NCBI GenBank assembly: GCA_002305075.1
Contig: DBQC01000022.1
Location: forward strand, 22,238 to 86,237
From: Ruminococcaceae bacterium UBA1404
Lineage (GTDB): Bacteria > Bacillota > Clostridia > Oscillospirales > Ruminococcaceae
Length of the DNA: 64,000 bases
Direction of reading: 5' to 3'
Part shown: positions 18,861 to 28,770 of the stretch, one piece after another
How the letters are laid out: the number at the start of each line of letters is the position of its first letter
Position numbering within the stretch: the first letter of the stretch is position 1
The notes under the pieces: model-generated
What the model was told of the DNA's origin: nothing
Databases searched by the model: none
Seen by the model: only the letters and a program-made list of their open reading frames with translations
Position numbers and translations under genes: made by a program

Positions 18861-19898
18861 ATGATGAAAAATTCGTATCTAAAGCTGCTGCCTGTGCTGG
18901 TCTGCCTGGGGCTTGTCCTGACGGCCTGCGCCGCGGGTCAGCCCTCGCACATCCCCGAAACATCTCCCGAAGTCACCCCCGAGGGCCCTGCGGCCCCGAC
19001 CGTAGACTTTGAGGCCGCCGCCCAGGAGGTGGTGGTGACCGACACCGATGTCACCTTTACCGATTCGTTGGGCCAAACCGTGACCATTGCCAAGCGCCCC
19101 GAGCGGGTAGTCTCGCTGCTCAACAGCTACACCGCCCTTTGGTATCAGGCCGGCGGCGTTGTGGTGGGCCGCCTTGAGAGCGAGACCGAGCTGCCTCCGG
19201 AGGCGCTGGACCCCGCCATTAAGACGGTGGGCAAAAACGCCTCATCTGTGAGCACCGAGCTGCTGCTGGAGCTTCAGCCCGATTTGGTGCTGCTGCGGGC
19301 CTCCTGGGGTGATGCGTTGCTCGGGCAGCTTGAGCAAAACGACATTCCTTATATCGCACTGGAGTACAACGGCTTTGCCGACTATCTCAAGTGGCTCAAG
19401 GTGTTCACCGCCCTAAACGGCACAGAGGAGCTCTATCAGACCTTGGGCGTTGACCTGCTAACCCAAATTGACCAAGCCATCGCCCAGGTACCGACCGAGG
19501 AGAGCCCCAGCGTCATGCTTATGTTCGGCACCACCTCCAGCGTAAAGGCCTATCTTTCCAACACTGCCGTGGGTGAAATGCTCGCTCAACTGGGGGCTGT
19601 GAACATTGCCGACCGCTGGGAGGACACCACGGCCACCTCGGTGGAGATGAACACCGAGTATCTGATCACCACCGATCCCGACTTTATTCTGGTGCAGTGC
19701 ATGGGCGAAATCGATAAGGTGCGTGCCTATATTGAGAGCCAGTATGCCGATGAGGATTGGTGGAAGACGCTTTCGGCCGTGCAAAACGACCGGGTGATCT
19801 ACCTCGACCGGAGCCTGTTCCACTATAAGCCCAACGCCCGCTACGCCGAGGCTTATATGGAGCTTGCCAAAATTCTCTATCCTGCCACCTTCTCCTGA
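18861..19898 (+). CDS. Periplasmic-binding-protein-type substrate-binding lipoprotein (BtuF-like)
   Basis: Lipobox LTAC. Class III PBP-like sequence. Third gene of the riboswitch-controlled operon. Confidence 0.8.
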   Translation: MMKNSYLKLLPVLVCLGLVLTACAAGQPSHIPETSPEVTPEGPAAPTVDFEAAAQEVVVTDTDVTFTDSLGQTVTIAKRPERVVSLLNSYTALWYQAGGVVVGRLESETELPPEALDPAIKTVGKNASSVSTELLLELQPDLVLLRASWGDALLGQLEQNDIPYIALEYNGFADYLKWLKVFTALNGTEELYQTLGVDLLTQIDQAIAQVPTEESPSVMLMFGTTSSVKAYLSNTAVGEMLAQLGAVNIADRWEDTTATSVEMNTEYLITTDPDFILVQCMGEIDKVRAYIESQYADEDWWKTLSAVQNDRVIYLDRSLFHYKPNARYAEAYMELAKILYPATFS

Positions 19899-19938
19899 CC
19901 CTTTACCTCTGTCAAGGTACCGTTTACTCCCTGTAACG

Positions 19939-19983
19939 CATCAGCGCCCCGCCATTTAAGGCGGGGCGCTGATGTTTTATTTT
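19939..19983. terminator. Terminator between the convergent btuF-like and cbiC genes
   Basis: 15-bp stem catcagcgccccgcc / ggcggggcgctgatg followed by a T-run. Confidence 0.8.
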
Positions 19984-19995
19984 AGGCTTTATGCA

Positions 19996-20631
19996 TTATA
20001 AAGAGCGTCCGGTGGTTTTATAGAGCAGAGCGTTGAGAATGGCGGCAGCCACATTGCTGCCCCCCTTGCGCCCCATGGATAGAATGTAGGGCACACCTAA
20101 CTCGGCAAAGCGCTCCTTGCTCTCGACCACATTGACAAAACCCACCGGCACACCCACCACCAGCCGCGGACGCAGACTGCCCGCCTCGACGAGGTCGGCA
20201 ATGCGCAGCAGCGCCGTGGGGGCGTTGCCCACCGCAAAAATGAGCGGCCCGGGCAGAGCGGCGGCTTTGTCCACGGCAGCCACGGCCCGAGTGGTACCTG
20301 CAGCTTTTGCCTGCTCGGCAATGTCGGGATCGCCGATAAAGCAGCATACGGCCACGCCCAGCTGGGCGGCCGCCTTTTTGTTGACACCGGCACGGACCAT
20401 CTGGGTGTCGGTAATTAGCGTGGCCCCCTCGGTAAGGGCGGATAGAGCCGCCTCTACCGCATCGGGAGAAAATCGGAGGTTGTGGGCATAGTCAAAGTCG
20501 GCGGTGGTGTGGATGACGCGCTCTACCACCGCCCGGTGCTCGGGAGGGATCGGCGTGTCTCCAAGGCTCTCGCGAATGATTTCAAAGCTGCGCCGCTCGA
20601 TGGCGGCGGGGTCGGCAATCAAATTTTGCAT
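19996..20631 (-). CDS. cbiC: Cobalt-precorrin-8 methylmutase
   Basis: CbiC/CobH signature (IERRSF.II, HTTADFDY, GNAPTAL). Confidence 0.9.
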   Translation of the reverse strand: MQNLIADPAAIERRSFEIIRESLGDTPIPPEHRAVVERVIHTTADFDYAHNLRFSPDAVEAALSALTEGATLITDTQMVRAGVNKKAAAQLGVAVCCFIGDPDIAEQAKAAGTTRAVAAVDKAAALPGPLIFAVGNAPTALLRIADLVEAGSLRPRLVVGVPVGFVNVVESKERFAELGVPYILSMGRKGGSNVAAAILNALLYKTTGRSL

Positions 20632-20632
20632 G

Positions 20633-21841
20633 TCAGTCCTCCTTGGCGGCGGCGCTTAGTATGGTGATGGGGTTTTGTCCGGTCATCATGTGGTAGCCGC
20701 CTAGGACCTTTGCGTCGGCAGCGGCGAGGGTGACCACTTCCAGCCCGGTAAAGGGGGGCTTTTTAAGGCGCTCCAAAGCCTCGGCCACCGTTTCCAGCGC
20801 AATGGCCGTAACCACCACCCGTACCCGGGGGTTTTTGCGGGCCAGTGCGTCTAAAATAGCGGCCATATGGCCCCGGCTGCCGCCGATAAAGACCGCATCG
20901 GGCGGGGGCAGATGCTCCATGGAGCCGGGGGCCATGCCGGGCACACAGCTTAGGTTGTACACCCCAAATCGCAGCCGGTTCTGCTCGATGAGGGATAGAG
21001 CCTCGGCCTTGTGCTCCAGCGCATAGACCCGGCCGTACCGGGCGAGCAGAGCCATCTCCACCGCCACCGAGCCGGTGCCCGCCCCCACATCGTAGAGAGT
21101 CTCGTGGGGGGAAATAGCCAGCTTAGACAGCGCCACGGCTCGCACCGCTTGCTTGGTCATGGGCACATCGCCCCGCAAAAACTGCGCATCGGGCAGGCCA
21201 TGGGTGACCGGGCCGGCCGGCAGCGGCCGGGAATTATCGGCGATGAGCACGCTTAAAGGTTCAAAGCTCATGTTCATCAGCTCGGCGGGAGTGCCCCGGA
21301 CAATTCGCTCGTCGGGCAGGCCGAGGTTTTGGCCCACGATGAGCGACACATGGTGCATCCCCGCCTGATAAAGGGCTGCGCTCAGGGCGGCGGGGCCGGT
21401 ATGGCCCGTAAGAAAGAAGCAAGTGGCGTGGTTCATCACGGCGGGCACCGGGTCGGTGTGCTCGGCATGGGCGCTTACAAGATGCATATCCTGCCAGGGG
21501 CGGTGCAGGCGGGCGGCCATCAGTTGCACAGAGGAGAGCCCGGGAAACACCTCGATGGAATGGTCGCTCAGCAGCTCATAGAGCCGCCGCGCCCCGCTAT
21601 AAAAGCCCACATCCCCGCTAAAGGCCAGCGCAAAGTGGCCATACCGGGGATGGCTTTTTATAAAGGCGGCAATTTCCTCAGGCAAAATAAGCGCATGGCG
21701 GCAGTCGGTGCAGCCCTCGGGCAGCCCTTTTAGCAGCCGCGGCGCACCGATAATGCAGTCGGCGGCAAGCAATGCCTGCCGGGCCTCGGCGGTGAGGGAA
21801 TCCGGGTGGCCTGCCCCCATACCTACAAAGCTGATTTTCAT
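20633..21841 (-). CDS. cbiET: Fused CbiE-CbiT: cobalt-precorrin-6B/7 C5,C15-methyltransferase (decarboxylating)
   Basis: N-terminal TP-methylase fold and C-terminal SAM MTase (DVGAGTGSV). ATG 21841 with an AGGGGG SD. Confidence 0.85.
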   Translation of the reverse strand: MKISFVGMGAGHPDSLTAEARQALLAADCIIGAPRLLKGLPEGCTDCRHALILPEEIAAFIKSHPRYGHFALAFSGDVGFYSGARRLYELLSDHSIEVFPGLSSVQLMAARLHRPWQDMHLVSAHAEHTDPVPAVMNHATCFFLTGHTGPAALSAALYQAGMHHVSLIVGQNLGLPDERIVRGTPAELMNMSFEPLSVLIADNSRPLPAGPVTHGLPDAQFLRGDVPMTKQAVRAVALSKLAISPHETLYDVGAGTGSVAVEMALLARYGRVYALEHKAEALSLIEQNRLRFGVYNLSCVPGMAPGSMEHLPPPDAVFIGGSRGHMAAILDALARKNPRVRVVVTAIALETVAEALERLKKPPFTGLEVVTLAAADAKVLGGYHMMTGQNPITILSAAAKED

Positions 21842-21889
21842 GGATGCACCCCCTAAAGGAATGGTTGATGCGACTTTATCGGGCACCGC

Positions 21890-22651
21890 TTAGGGCGCAA
21901 GCCCCAACAGGGCCGACAGGGCCGGCAGCAGCTCATCTTGGCTTAGGCCTTCTGTTTCGGGCGGGCGGGCAATAAGCCGTACTGTGATGCCTAAAGAGCG
22001 GGCGGCGTCCACCTTTTCCTCAAAGCCGCCGGCGGCTCCGCCGTCCTTGGTGACCAGGTGGCGGATGCCGCACTGCTCCATCATGGCCCGGTTGAGCGCA
22101 TAGCCAAAGGGCCCCTGCATGGCAATGATGTGCGACGGGCTAAAGCCCAGCCGAATGCAGCAATCTACCGATTCCACGGTGGGCAGCACCCGGGGGTAGA
22201 CCCGCCGGGCAAAATCGGGTATGCGGGTGTAGGCCTCCAGCTCCTTGGCGCCGGTGGCGGCGAGAATGGGCCCCTCGGTGTGTATCAGAGCGTCTACCGC
22301 AGCGGCGATATGGGGATATGCCGGCAGACAGTCGGCTTGGCTTTGGGGCCGCAGCAGCCGCAGATAGGGCAGCGAGGCGGCCCGGGCGGCGGCGCGGATA
22401 TTCCGGCTGGCCGCCTGGGCATAGGGATGGGTGGCATCAATCACGGCGGCAAAGTACCCCTCGGCCATCAGCCGGGTCATGCCCTGGTCGCTTAAAGGGC
22501 CGGTGCGCACCCGCAGCCGCCGGCTCTCGGTGAGCAGCGATGCCCCATAGGGGGTGGCTACCGACACGGTGAGCGCCACAGGCCAGTGGGACAGCCGCTC
22601 TATAAGCTCTCGGCTGTCTGAGGTACCGCCAAAAATCAGCAGATGCTTCAT
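21890..22651 (-). CDS. cbiJ: Cobalt-precorrin-6A reductase
   Basis: MKHLLIFGGTSDSRE N-terminus typical of CbiJ/CobK, in cluster context. Confidence 0.85.
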   Translation of the reverse strand: MKHLLIFGGTSDSRELIERLSHWPVALTVSVATPYGASLLTESRRLRVRTGPLSDQGMTRLMAEGYFAAVIDATHPYAQAASRNIRAAARAASLPYLRLLRPQSQADCLPAYPHIAAAVDALIHTEGPILAATGAKELEAYTRIPDFARRVYPRVLPTVESVDCCIRLGFSPSHIIAMQGPFGYALNRAMMEQCGIRHLVTKDGGAAGGFEEKVDAARSLGITVRLIARPPETEGLSQDELLPALSALLGLAP

Positions 22652-23385
22652 ACCTCAAGACCCCGATAGCCCCGGGGGGTCACCATGCGCCCATTTTGGG
22701 CGATGGTGGCGCTGTTGCCGATAAACACCGTGGTAAACATATCCACATCGCTGTCGGGTAGGGCGGCTAAGGTGGTGATAAAAGCCTGCTGCTCCTCGCG
22801 CCCGATGTTGCGCACCCAGCCGCAGACCCGGCTTTCGGGCAGGGTTTTTAGCAGAATATCGCAGGCTCTGCGTAAATAATCCCGGCGCTTGCGGCTTTGG
22901 GGATTATAAAGGCAGATAATCATATCGGCCTCGGCGCTGGCCGATAGCCGCTTTTCAATGAGCTCCCAAGGGGTGAGTAGATCGGATAGGGAAATCACCG
23001 CAAAGTCGTGGCCCAGCGGTGCGCCCAGTATGGCCGCTCCGGCGGTAGCGGCGGTGATGCCGGGCACAACCTCCACCTCCACAGAGGGAAAGTCGGGCGC
23101 CATTTGCAGGATAAGCCCCGCCATGCCGTAGACACCGGGGTCGCCGCTGCACACCATGGACACCACCTGCCCGCTATCCGCCGCCTCGAGGGCTAGGCGG
23201 CAGCGCTCCACCTCTTGGCGCATACCGGTGGTGCGCAAATCCTTGTGGGCATAGTGCGCCCTGATAAGGTCGATATAAACCGTGTAGCCGTAAATAATGT
23301 CCGAAACCTCCAGTGCCGCAGCGGCCTGAGGGGTCATAAAATCCTCGCTGCCGGGCCCAAGGCCCACCACATAAAGCTTGCTCAT
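22648..23385 (-). CDS. cbiH: Cobalt-factor III / precorrin-3B C17-methyltransferase
   Basis: VVGLGPG...GYTVYIDLI, TP-methylase family. Overlaps its neighbours. Confidence 0.88.
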   Translation of the reverse strand: MSKLYVVGLGPGSEDFMTPQAAAALEVSDIIYGYTVYIDLIRAHYAHKDLRTTGMRQEVERCRLALEAADSGQVVSMVCSGDPGVYGMAGLILQMAPDFPSVEVEVVPGITAATAGAAILGAPLGHDFAVISLSDLLTPWELIEKRLSASAEADMIICLYNPQSRKRRDYLRRACDILLKTLPESRVCGWVRNIGREEQQAFITTLAALPDSDVDMFTTVFIGNSATIAQNGRMVTPRGYRGLEV

Positions 23386-24419
23386 ACCATCGGCTCCTCA
23401 AAGCTCAGGGGGAAAGGCATACCGGCCAGCGCCAGCGCCACGCCTCCCGCAGTAGTTTTTTTCATAAGCAGTGTTCCGCCCTCGGATAGGGCGCTGCGTT
23501 CGCATACATTGTCCACACCGGTAACCTTTTGAACAAAGGCCGAGGGCGTAAAGTCGCCGGGCAGAGCGGCCAAAGTGGCCGCCGGGTAGGTGACCAAAGG
23601 CAAATCATATCTTGCGCAAAAGTCCAGCAGCCCCGGCTCGTTGGCCTTGAGGTCGATGCTGGCCACCCGGCAGATAGCCCGCAAATCGTAGCCAGCCTGA
23701 TCAAGGGTGGTCTGTACGGCCAGCTCAATGGCGTCGGCCGAGACCCCCTTACGGCAGCCCACGCCTAAGGTAAGCGCCGGGGGAATAAGATGAAGTGCCC
23801 CCTGTGACCGGACGGCACGGCAGGAAATAACCATATGGGGCGCCGTTTCATCCGAAGGGATAGCCTCGGTCCCGCCGGGCACAAGACATACCTGCCCGGG
23901 GGGCTGTCCCTCGATGGCAAAGTCGCTGTAAATCTTGATGCTCTCCCCCCGAATAAGGGCGGCCGACACCGATACAATGGCCCCAGGGTTGGCGATAATA
24001 AGCCCCTGCCCGGCGGCCCACTCGTCGGGGGAAAAATAGCCCAGCCGGTCGGTGCCGGTGGTGATCACCGCCTCGGCCCCGATAAGGGCCTCGATCTGCC
24101 GGGCCAGACGGTTGGCCCCGCCCACATGGCCGGAGAGCAGCGGAATGACATAGCGCCCTGCGGCGTCCATGGCAAGCACCGCCGGATCGGTGAGCTTGCT
24201 TTTGAGATGAGGGGCCACGGCCCGGATGGCAATGCCGCTGGCCGCCACGAACACAAGAGCATCGGCCCTGTCAAAGCGCTCGGCCGCCCAGCGTCCGGCG
24301 GGCAGGTCGCTGCTGCTGCGGCTAACCGTGCAGCTATGTCCTGCCTTTGCCAGCAGCCCCGCCAGCTTTTTAGCCAGCACAAGCCCCTGGTCGGTACAGC
24401 AGAGCATCTCAATCTTCAT
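23382..24419 (-). CDS. cbiG: Cobalt-precorrin-5A hydrolase
   Basis: CbiG N-, middle and C-domain-like sequence, placed between cbiF and cbiH. Confidence 0.82.
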   Translation of the reverse strand: MKIEMLCCTDQGLVLAKKLAGLLAKAGHSCTVSRSSSDLPAGRWAAERFDRADALVFVAASGIAIRAVAPHLKSKLTDPAVLAMDAAGRYVIPLLSGHVGGANRLARQIEALIGAEAVITTGTDRLGYFSPDEWAAGQGLIIANPGAIVSVSAALIRGESIKIYSDFAIEGQPPGQVCLVPGGTEAIPSDETAPHMVISCRAVRSQGALHLIPPALTLGVGCRKGVSADAIELAVQTTLDQAGYDLRAICRVASIDLKANEPGLLDFCARYDLPLVTYPAATLAALPGDFTPSAFVQKVTGVDNVCERSALSEGGTLLMKKTTAGGVALALAGMPFPLSFEEPMV

Positions 24420-25173
24420 GTTGGGTACCCTTGCGGTAGCCGGTGGTAAATTCGGGGTGATAGAGCAGCGAACGGCTGTATTCCTCCCCTAAAAATCCGC
24501 CTACCGTCACCAGCGCCGTGCGGCTTATGCCAGCCTCCTTACCGGTTTGGGCCAAAGTGCCTACCGTGCAGCGCAGCAGCTGTTCTTCGGGCCAGGTGGC
24601 CTTGTATACAATGGCCGCCGGCGTGTCCGGGGCATAGCCGCCGGCCATGAGCTCGGCCTCAAGCTTATCCAGCATACTCGCACTTAAAAAGATGACCATG
24701 GTGCTGCCGTGGGCGGCCAAGCTGCGCATATCCTCCCCCGGGGGCATGGGGGTGCGGCCGGCCAGCCGGGTGATAATCACGGTCTGGCTGACGCCGGGCA
24801 GCGTGTACTCGGCCTTGAGGGAAGCCGCCGCCCCGCAAAAGCTGGAGACGCCGGGCGTGACATCGTATTCGATTCCAAGAGCGTCCAGGGCGTCCATCTG
24901 CTCCCGAATGGCCCCGTAGATGCTGCCGTCGCCGGTGTGTAGACGCACCGTGGTAAGCCCCGCACGCTCGGCCTCCTCCATAGCCTGTATCACCTGCTCG
25001 AGGGTCATGGTGGCGCTGTCGAGGATGCGGCAGTCGGGCTTGCAGACCTGCAGCAGCTCGGGATTAACAAGGCTGCCGGCCCAGATTACCTGGTCGGCCT
25101 TTCGCAAAAGGCGGTCACCCCGCAGGGTAATAAGGTCGGCAGCACCGCTGCCCGCACCCACAAAATGTACCAT
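24409..25173 (-). CDS. cbiF: Cobalt-precorrin-4 C11-methyltransferase
   Basis: MVHFVGAGSGAADLIT.RG...AD.V.WAGSLV, typical of CbiF/CobM. Confidence 0.9.
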   Translation of the reverse strand: MVHFVGAGSGAADLITLRGDRLLRKADQVIWAGSLVNPELLQVCKPDCRILDSATMTLEQVIQAMEEAERAGLTTVRLHTGDGSIYGAIREQMDALDALGIEYDVTPGVSSFCGAAASLKAEYTLPGVSQTVIITRLAGRTPMPPGEDMRSLAAHGSTMVIFLSASMLDKLEAELMAGGYAPDTPAAIVYKATWPEEQLLRCTVGTLAQTGKEAGISRTALVTVGGFLGEEYSRSLLYHPEFTTGYRKGTQHED

Positions 25174-25868
25174 TATACCCTCTCCCTTACAATCAGCGTG
25201 GTAAAGTATCCAGCATCGTCGGGCAGGTCATCAAGGCTGCGGCAGAGCCGCTCGCCTGGCAGCGCACAGCGCTCCACGGCCACCGTCGTCTCATAAAGGC
25301 CGGCGGCCTTGAGTGCAGCCCGAACCTCGCCCATGCCCCGGGCGGCCTTCATAATCACCTTGGTGCCCGGCAGGCGCAGACCCTCGATAAGGTCGCCACT
25401 GCCCGCCGGCAAAATGTGCAGCGGCCTATCCATCTCGGTGAGGCTGACCCCCAGTCGAGCCGCCGACTCGCAAAAGCTGGTGATGCCGGCCACCACCCGG
25501 GTCTCGTAGCCGGCCTGGCGGATAAGCGCCTGGATATAGCTGTGGCTACCGTAGAGCGAGGGGTCGCCCAGGTTGAGCATGGCCACATCCCGCCCGGCGG
25601 AAAGATGGGGCAGAACGGCCGCTGCGGCCTTTTGATAGCTTTGCTCCCGGGCTTCTTTATCCCGCTGCATGGTAAAGTCCAGCGGCAACAAAATCTTCTT
25701 TGAGAGGTCTACGGCGCCGGACGCAATATCATAAGCCAGGGTGCGGCTGCCGCCGGTGCGGGGCAGGGCGATAACCGGGCACTCGGTGAGCAGCCGCACC
25801 GCCTTGAGGGTGAGCAGCTCGGGGTCTCCGGGGCCGACGCCTACACCATAAAAAATACCTTTAGTCAT
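25173..25868 (-). CDS. cbiL: Cobalt-factor II / precorrin-2 C20-methyltransferase
   Basis: GVGVGPGDPELLT motif. ATG 25868 with a GGAGG SD, overlapping the cbiD stop. Confidence 0.88.
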   Translation of the reverse strand: MTKGIFYGVGVGPGDPELLTLKAVRLLTECPVIALPRTGGSRTLAYDIASGAVDLSKKILLPLDFTMQRDKEAREQSYQKAAAAVLPHLSAGRDVAMLNLGDPSLYGSHSYIQALIRQAGYETRVVAGITSFCESAARLGVSLTEMDRPLHILPAGSGDLIEGLRLPGTKVIMKAARGMGEVRAALKAAGLYETTVAVERCALPGERLCRSLDDLPDDAGYFTTLIVRERV

Positions 25869-27003
25869 CTGTTTCCTCCAAATGGGCCAATATCTGCCGG
25901 GCATTGTGGGTCATGCCCAGAGCGCCCCGCTCGTTGCTGAAAACAAGGGCGCCAATTTGGGCATCCGGGCCGGCCCGGCGGCTTAGGTGGTGCTGAATTT
26001 TATCAAGCAGGCTGTCTATCACCGGGTTTAGCAGGCCGGCATTCTCTAAAATGTCCAGCGCGGCGTCGGTGGTGGCGCTCTCCATCACGGCCTCAAGGCA
26101 GTCCTGCTCGGCACCGGCCAGCGCTGCGTGGGCCGTAAGGATTTCGGCCCGGCAGTCGGCGATGCGGGAGTGGGTGTCCATCACGCCACCGGCTACTTTG
26201 ACCAGTTTGCCGATATGCCCCACCAGCAGCAAAGTATGAAAGCCACGGTAGAGGGCCATGTCGATGGACTCGCCGATAAAGTTGCTGCATTTTACATGAG
26301 GCAGACGCCGAATAACCGACTGCTCGGCAAGAAAGCGCTCGCCCATGTTGCCCGGCGTGAGCACAAGGCGGGTGGCCCCTTCGGCAGCGTGCATATCCAT
26401 CTCCACGCCGATGGTGTCGACGAGGGCCTTAAGGCTCATGGGCTCCACGATGCCGGTGGTGCCCAAAATGGAGATGCCCCCCTCGATGCCCAACTGGGGG
26501 TTAAAGGTTTTAAGGGCCACCTCTCGACCGCCGGGGGCCGATATGACCACCCTCAGGCCACCGGTATAGCCGGCCTTTTGGCAGACGGACTCGACCGCCT
26601 CGGTAATCATGCGGCGGGGCACCCGATTGATGGCGGCCGCCCCCACCGGCTGGTCGAGACCGGGGCGGGTCACCCGACCGATGCCCTCGCCCCCCTCAAT
26701 GTGCACGCCCGGCCGGGCACAGCGGGACAGCTCGGCGTAAATGCGCATATCCTGGGTAACATCAATGTCGTCCCCGGCGTCCTTTCTAACGGCGCAGCGG
26801 GCGGTAATGCCGTCGCAGAAGGCGTCCTCCACCACTACGGACAGCGCCACCCCCGACGGGGTGATGATGCTGGCGGTGGACATAGGCTGCCCGAACAGCA
26901 GCATATGAGCGGCGGCCTGAGCAGCCAGCGCTGCACAGCTTCCGGTGGTGTAGCCGCAGCGCAGACGCCGGCCACCCTTTTCAGTCGTAAGCTCGCATGA
27001 CAT
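25861..27003 (-). CDS. cbiD: Cobalt-precorrin-5B C1-methyltransferase
   Basis: LR.GYTTGSCAAAA N-terminus and full-length CbiD-like sequence. ATG 27003 after an AGGGGGA SD. Confidence 0.9.
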   Translation of the reverse strand: MSCELTTEKGGRRLRCGYTTGSCAALAAQAAAHMLLFGQPMSTASIITPSGVALSVVVEDAFCDGITARCAVRKDAGDDIDVTQDMRIYAELSRCARPGVHIEGGEGIGRVTRPGLDQPVGAAAINRVPRRMITEAVESVCQKAGYTGGLRVVISAPGGREVALKTFNPQLGIEGGISILGTTGIVEPMSLKALVDTIGVEMDMHAAEGATRLVLTPGNMGERFLAEQSVIRRLPHVKCSNFIGESIDMALYRGFHTLLLVGHIGKLVKVAGGVMDTHSRIADCRAEILTAHAALAGAEQDCLEAVMESATTDAALDILENAGLLNPVIDSLLDKIQHHLSRRAGPDAQIGALVFSNERGALGMTHNARQILAHLEETDD

Positions 27004-27034
27004 AGACTTGATTCCCCCTGCCTTAAGGCGGTCG

Positions 27035-27245
27035 GACAGGCTACAAAAGCCGACGCTATCAGCGGTGCCCCGGCCAAGAGACCGGGGCACCTAGGCCGCC
27101 GCCTGCAGGCGGGGCACCAAGCCAGCCTCCATTCCCTGTGAAGCGCATGGGCACACCATACCGGCAGGTCTTCCGACTCGGAGAAAACTACATCTCCACA
27201 CGGCAGCAGGACTGTCCGGGATTCTCACCCGGTTCCCTATTCTTG
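27035..27245 (-). promoter_or_regulatory. Cobalamin (B12) riboswitch controlling the cbi operon
   Basis: The minus strand reads TAGGGAACCGGGTGAGAATCCCGGACAGTCCTGCTGCCGT with B12 box GAGTCGGAAGACCTGCCGG. GC-rich alternative hairpins follow, before the cbiD SD. Confidence 0.85.
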
Positions 27246-27515
27246 TTCAGCGAACACACCGGCAATCGTACAGATTAAGCTAAGCTCAACCATAGCATTC
27301 TGACCGAGTTTTGTCAATGCAGGCCGCCCGTTGTGGGCGGTGTTTATCCGGTATAGACGGACAGAGTACATTAGGCACAACAAACAAAACGGCCTGTCCA
27401 ATTTCGGTTATTTAAGTCTACACCGATACGCACTTTTATGGTATACTATCTGCGGACGGCACTATGGCCGTTTATTATTTTGGGCGCGGCCCAAATAAAG
27501 TGTGGAGGAATTTAG

Positions 27516-28730
27516 GTGTCCAAAAAACGCATGATCGCATTTATGGCTGTGAGCGTCGTATTCTATATGGCGGCAAGCTTTGCCCACCCTGTTACGCCCA
27601 CCCTCTTTAAGAGCTTGGGGCTGGGTGACTATATGTTTGGCTATGCGCTAGCGGCCATGATGGTGGTCAACTTTTTGTTTTCTCCCTTTTGGGGCAAGCT
27701 TAACACCTTTCTCTCCAGCCGGGTGTGTTTGCTGATTGGTTCAATCGGCTATGCACTGGGGCAGTTTCTGTTCTCGATCGCCCAAACCGAGCTGCAGTTT
27801 ATCATCGCCAGAGCCTTTGCCGGGCTGTTTACCGGCGGCAGCTTTGTAAGCCTGATTAACTATGTGGTCAATATGTCGCCGGACGAAAAAACCCGGGGGG
27901 TCTATCTGGCGGCCATTGCCACCATCCAGTCGGTGGCCGGAGCCTTTGGCTACTTTGTGGGCGGCATGCTGGGCGAAATCAATGTGCAGTATGCGCTGCG
28001 GGCACAGGTCATTGTGCTGGCGTCCTGCGGCGTGGTGTTCTATTTTATCTGCGGCAGCGACGCCAAGATGACTTTGTCCGACCTAAAATTCTCAAGGGTA
28101 GTCCGGGAATCCAACCCCTTTGCCGCCTTTGCCGAGAGCGGAAAGTTTATGACGCTTCTGCTGGCCTTTTTGTTTGGCATGACCGCCCTGCAAAATCTGG
28201 GCCAAACCACCTTCGACCAATCCTTTAACTATTACATCAAAGATGTGTTTGGCTTTTCGTCGGGCTACAACGGCTTTTTTAAAGCAGCCATGGGCATTAT
28301 CACACTGATTGCCAACAGCACCATCTGCATCTATCTCATTAATCACACCGACATTCGCCGGTCGATCATCTGGGTATTTGCCCTTTGCTCGAGCACCATG
28401 TTGGGTATTGTGCTTATGAACAGCGTCATCCCCTTCCTTGTGATGAATGTGGTCTTTTACGCCATGTCTTCCATCACTATGCCCCTGCTGCAAAACATGG
28501 CGGCCGACGCCGCCAAAGACAAGGACAGCAACCTTGTTATGGGCTTTTTTAACTCCATGAAGAGCCTGGGCGGTATTTTTGGGGCGGCAATGGCCGGCTC
28601 GCTTTACATGGTCAACAACAAGTACCCCTTTATTGGCGCTCTGGCGGCTTTTTCGGCCGCCACCGTCTGTGCGGTGCTGTTTTACACCGGCTCGCAAAAG
28701 GCCGTGCAGCCCGCCGAATCCTGCGATTAG
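27516..28730 (+). CDS. MFS transporter
   Basis: 404 aa, ~12 TM segments. GTG start 7 nt after GGAGG. Confidence 0.8.
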   Translation: MSKKRMIAFMAVSVVFYMAASFAHPVTPTLFKSLGLGDYMFGYALAAMMVVNFLFSPFWGKLNTFLSSRVCLLIGSIGYALGQFLFSIAQTELQFIIARAFAGLFTGGSFVSLINYVVNMSPDEKTRGVYLAAIATIQSVAGAFGYFVGGMLGEINVQYALRAQVIVLASCGVVFYFICGSDAKMTLSDLKFSRVVRESNPFAAFAESGKFMTLLLAFLFGMTALQNLGQTTFDQSFNYYIKDVFGFSSGYNGFFKAAMGIITLIANSTICIYLINHTDIRRSIIWVFALCSSTMLGIVLMNSVIPFLVMNVVFYAMSSITMPLLQNMAADAAKDKDSNLVMGFFNSMKSLGGIFGAAMAGSLYMVNNKYPFIGALAAFSAATVCAVLFYTGSQKAVQPAESCD

Positions 28731-28736
28731 TCTACA

Positions 28737-28770
28737 TAAAAAGCTCACCCCGTCTTGGGGTGAGCTTTTT
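28737..28770. terminator. Bidirectional terminator between the MFS and hemerythrin genes
   Basis: aaaaagctcacccc / ggggtgagcttttt palindrome. Confidence 0.8.
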
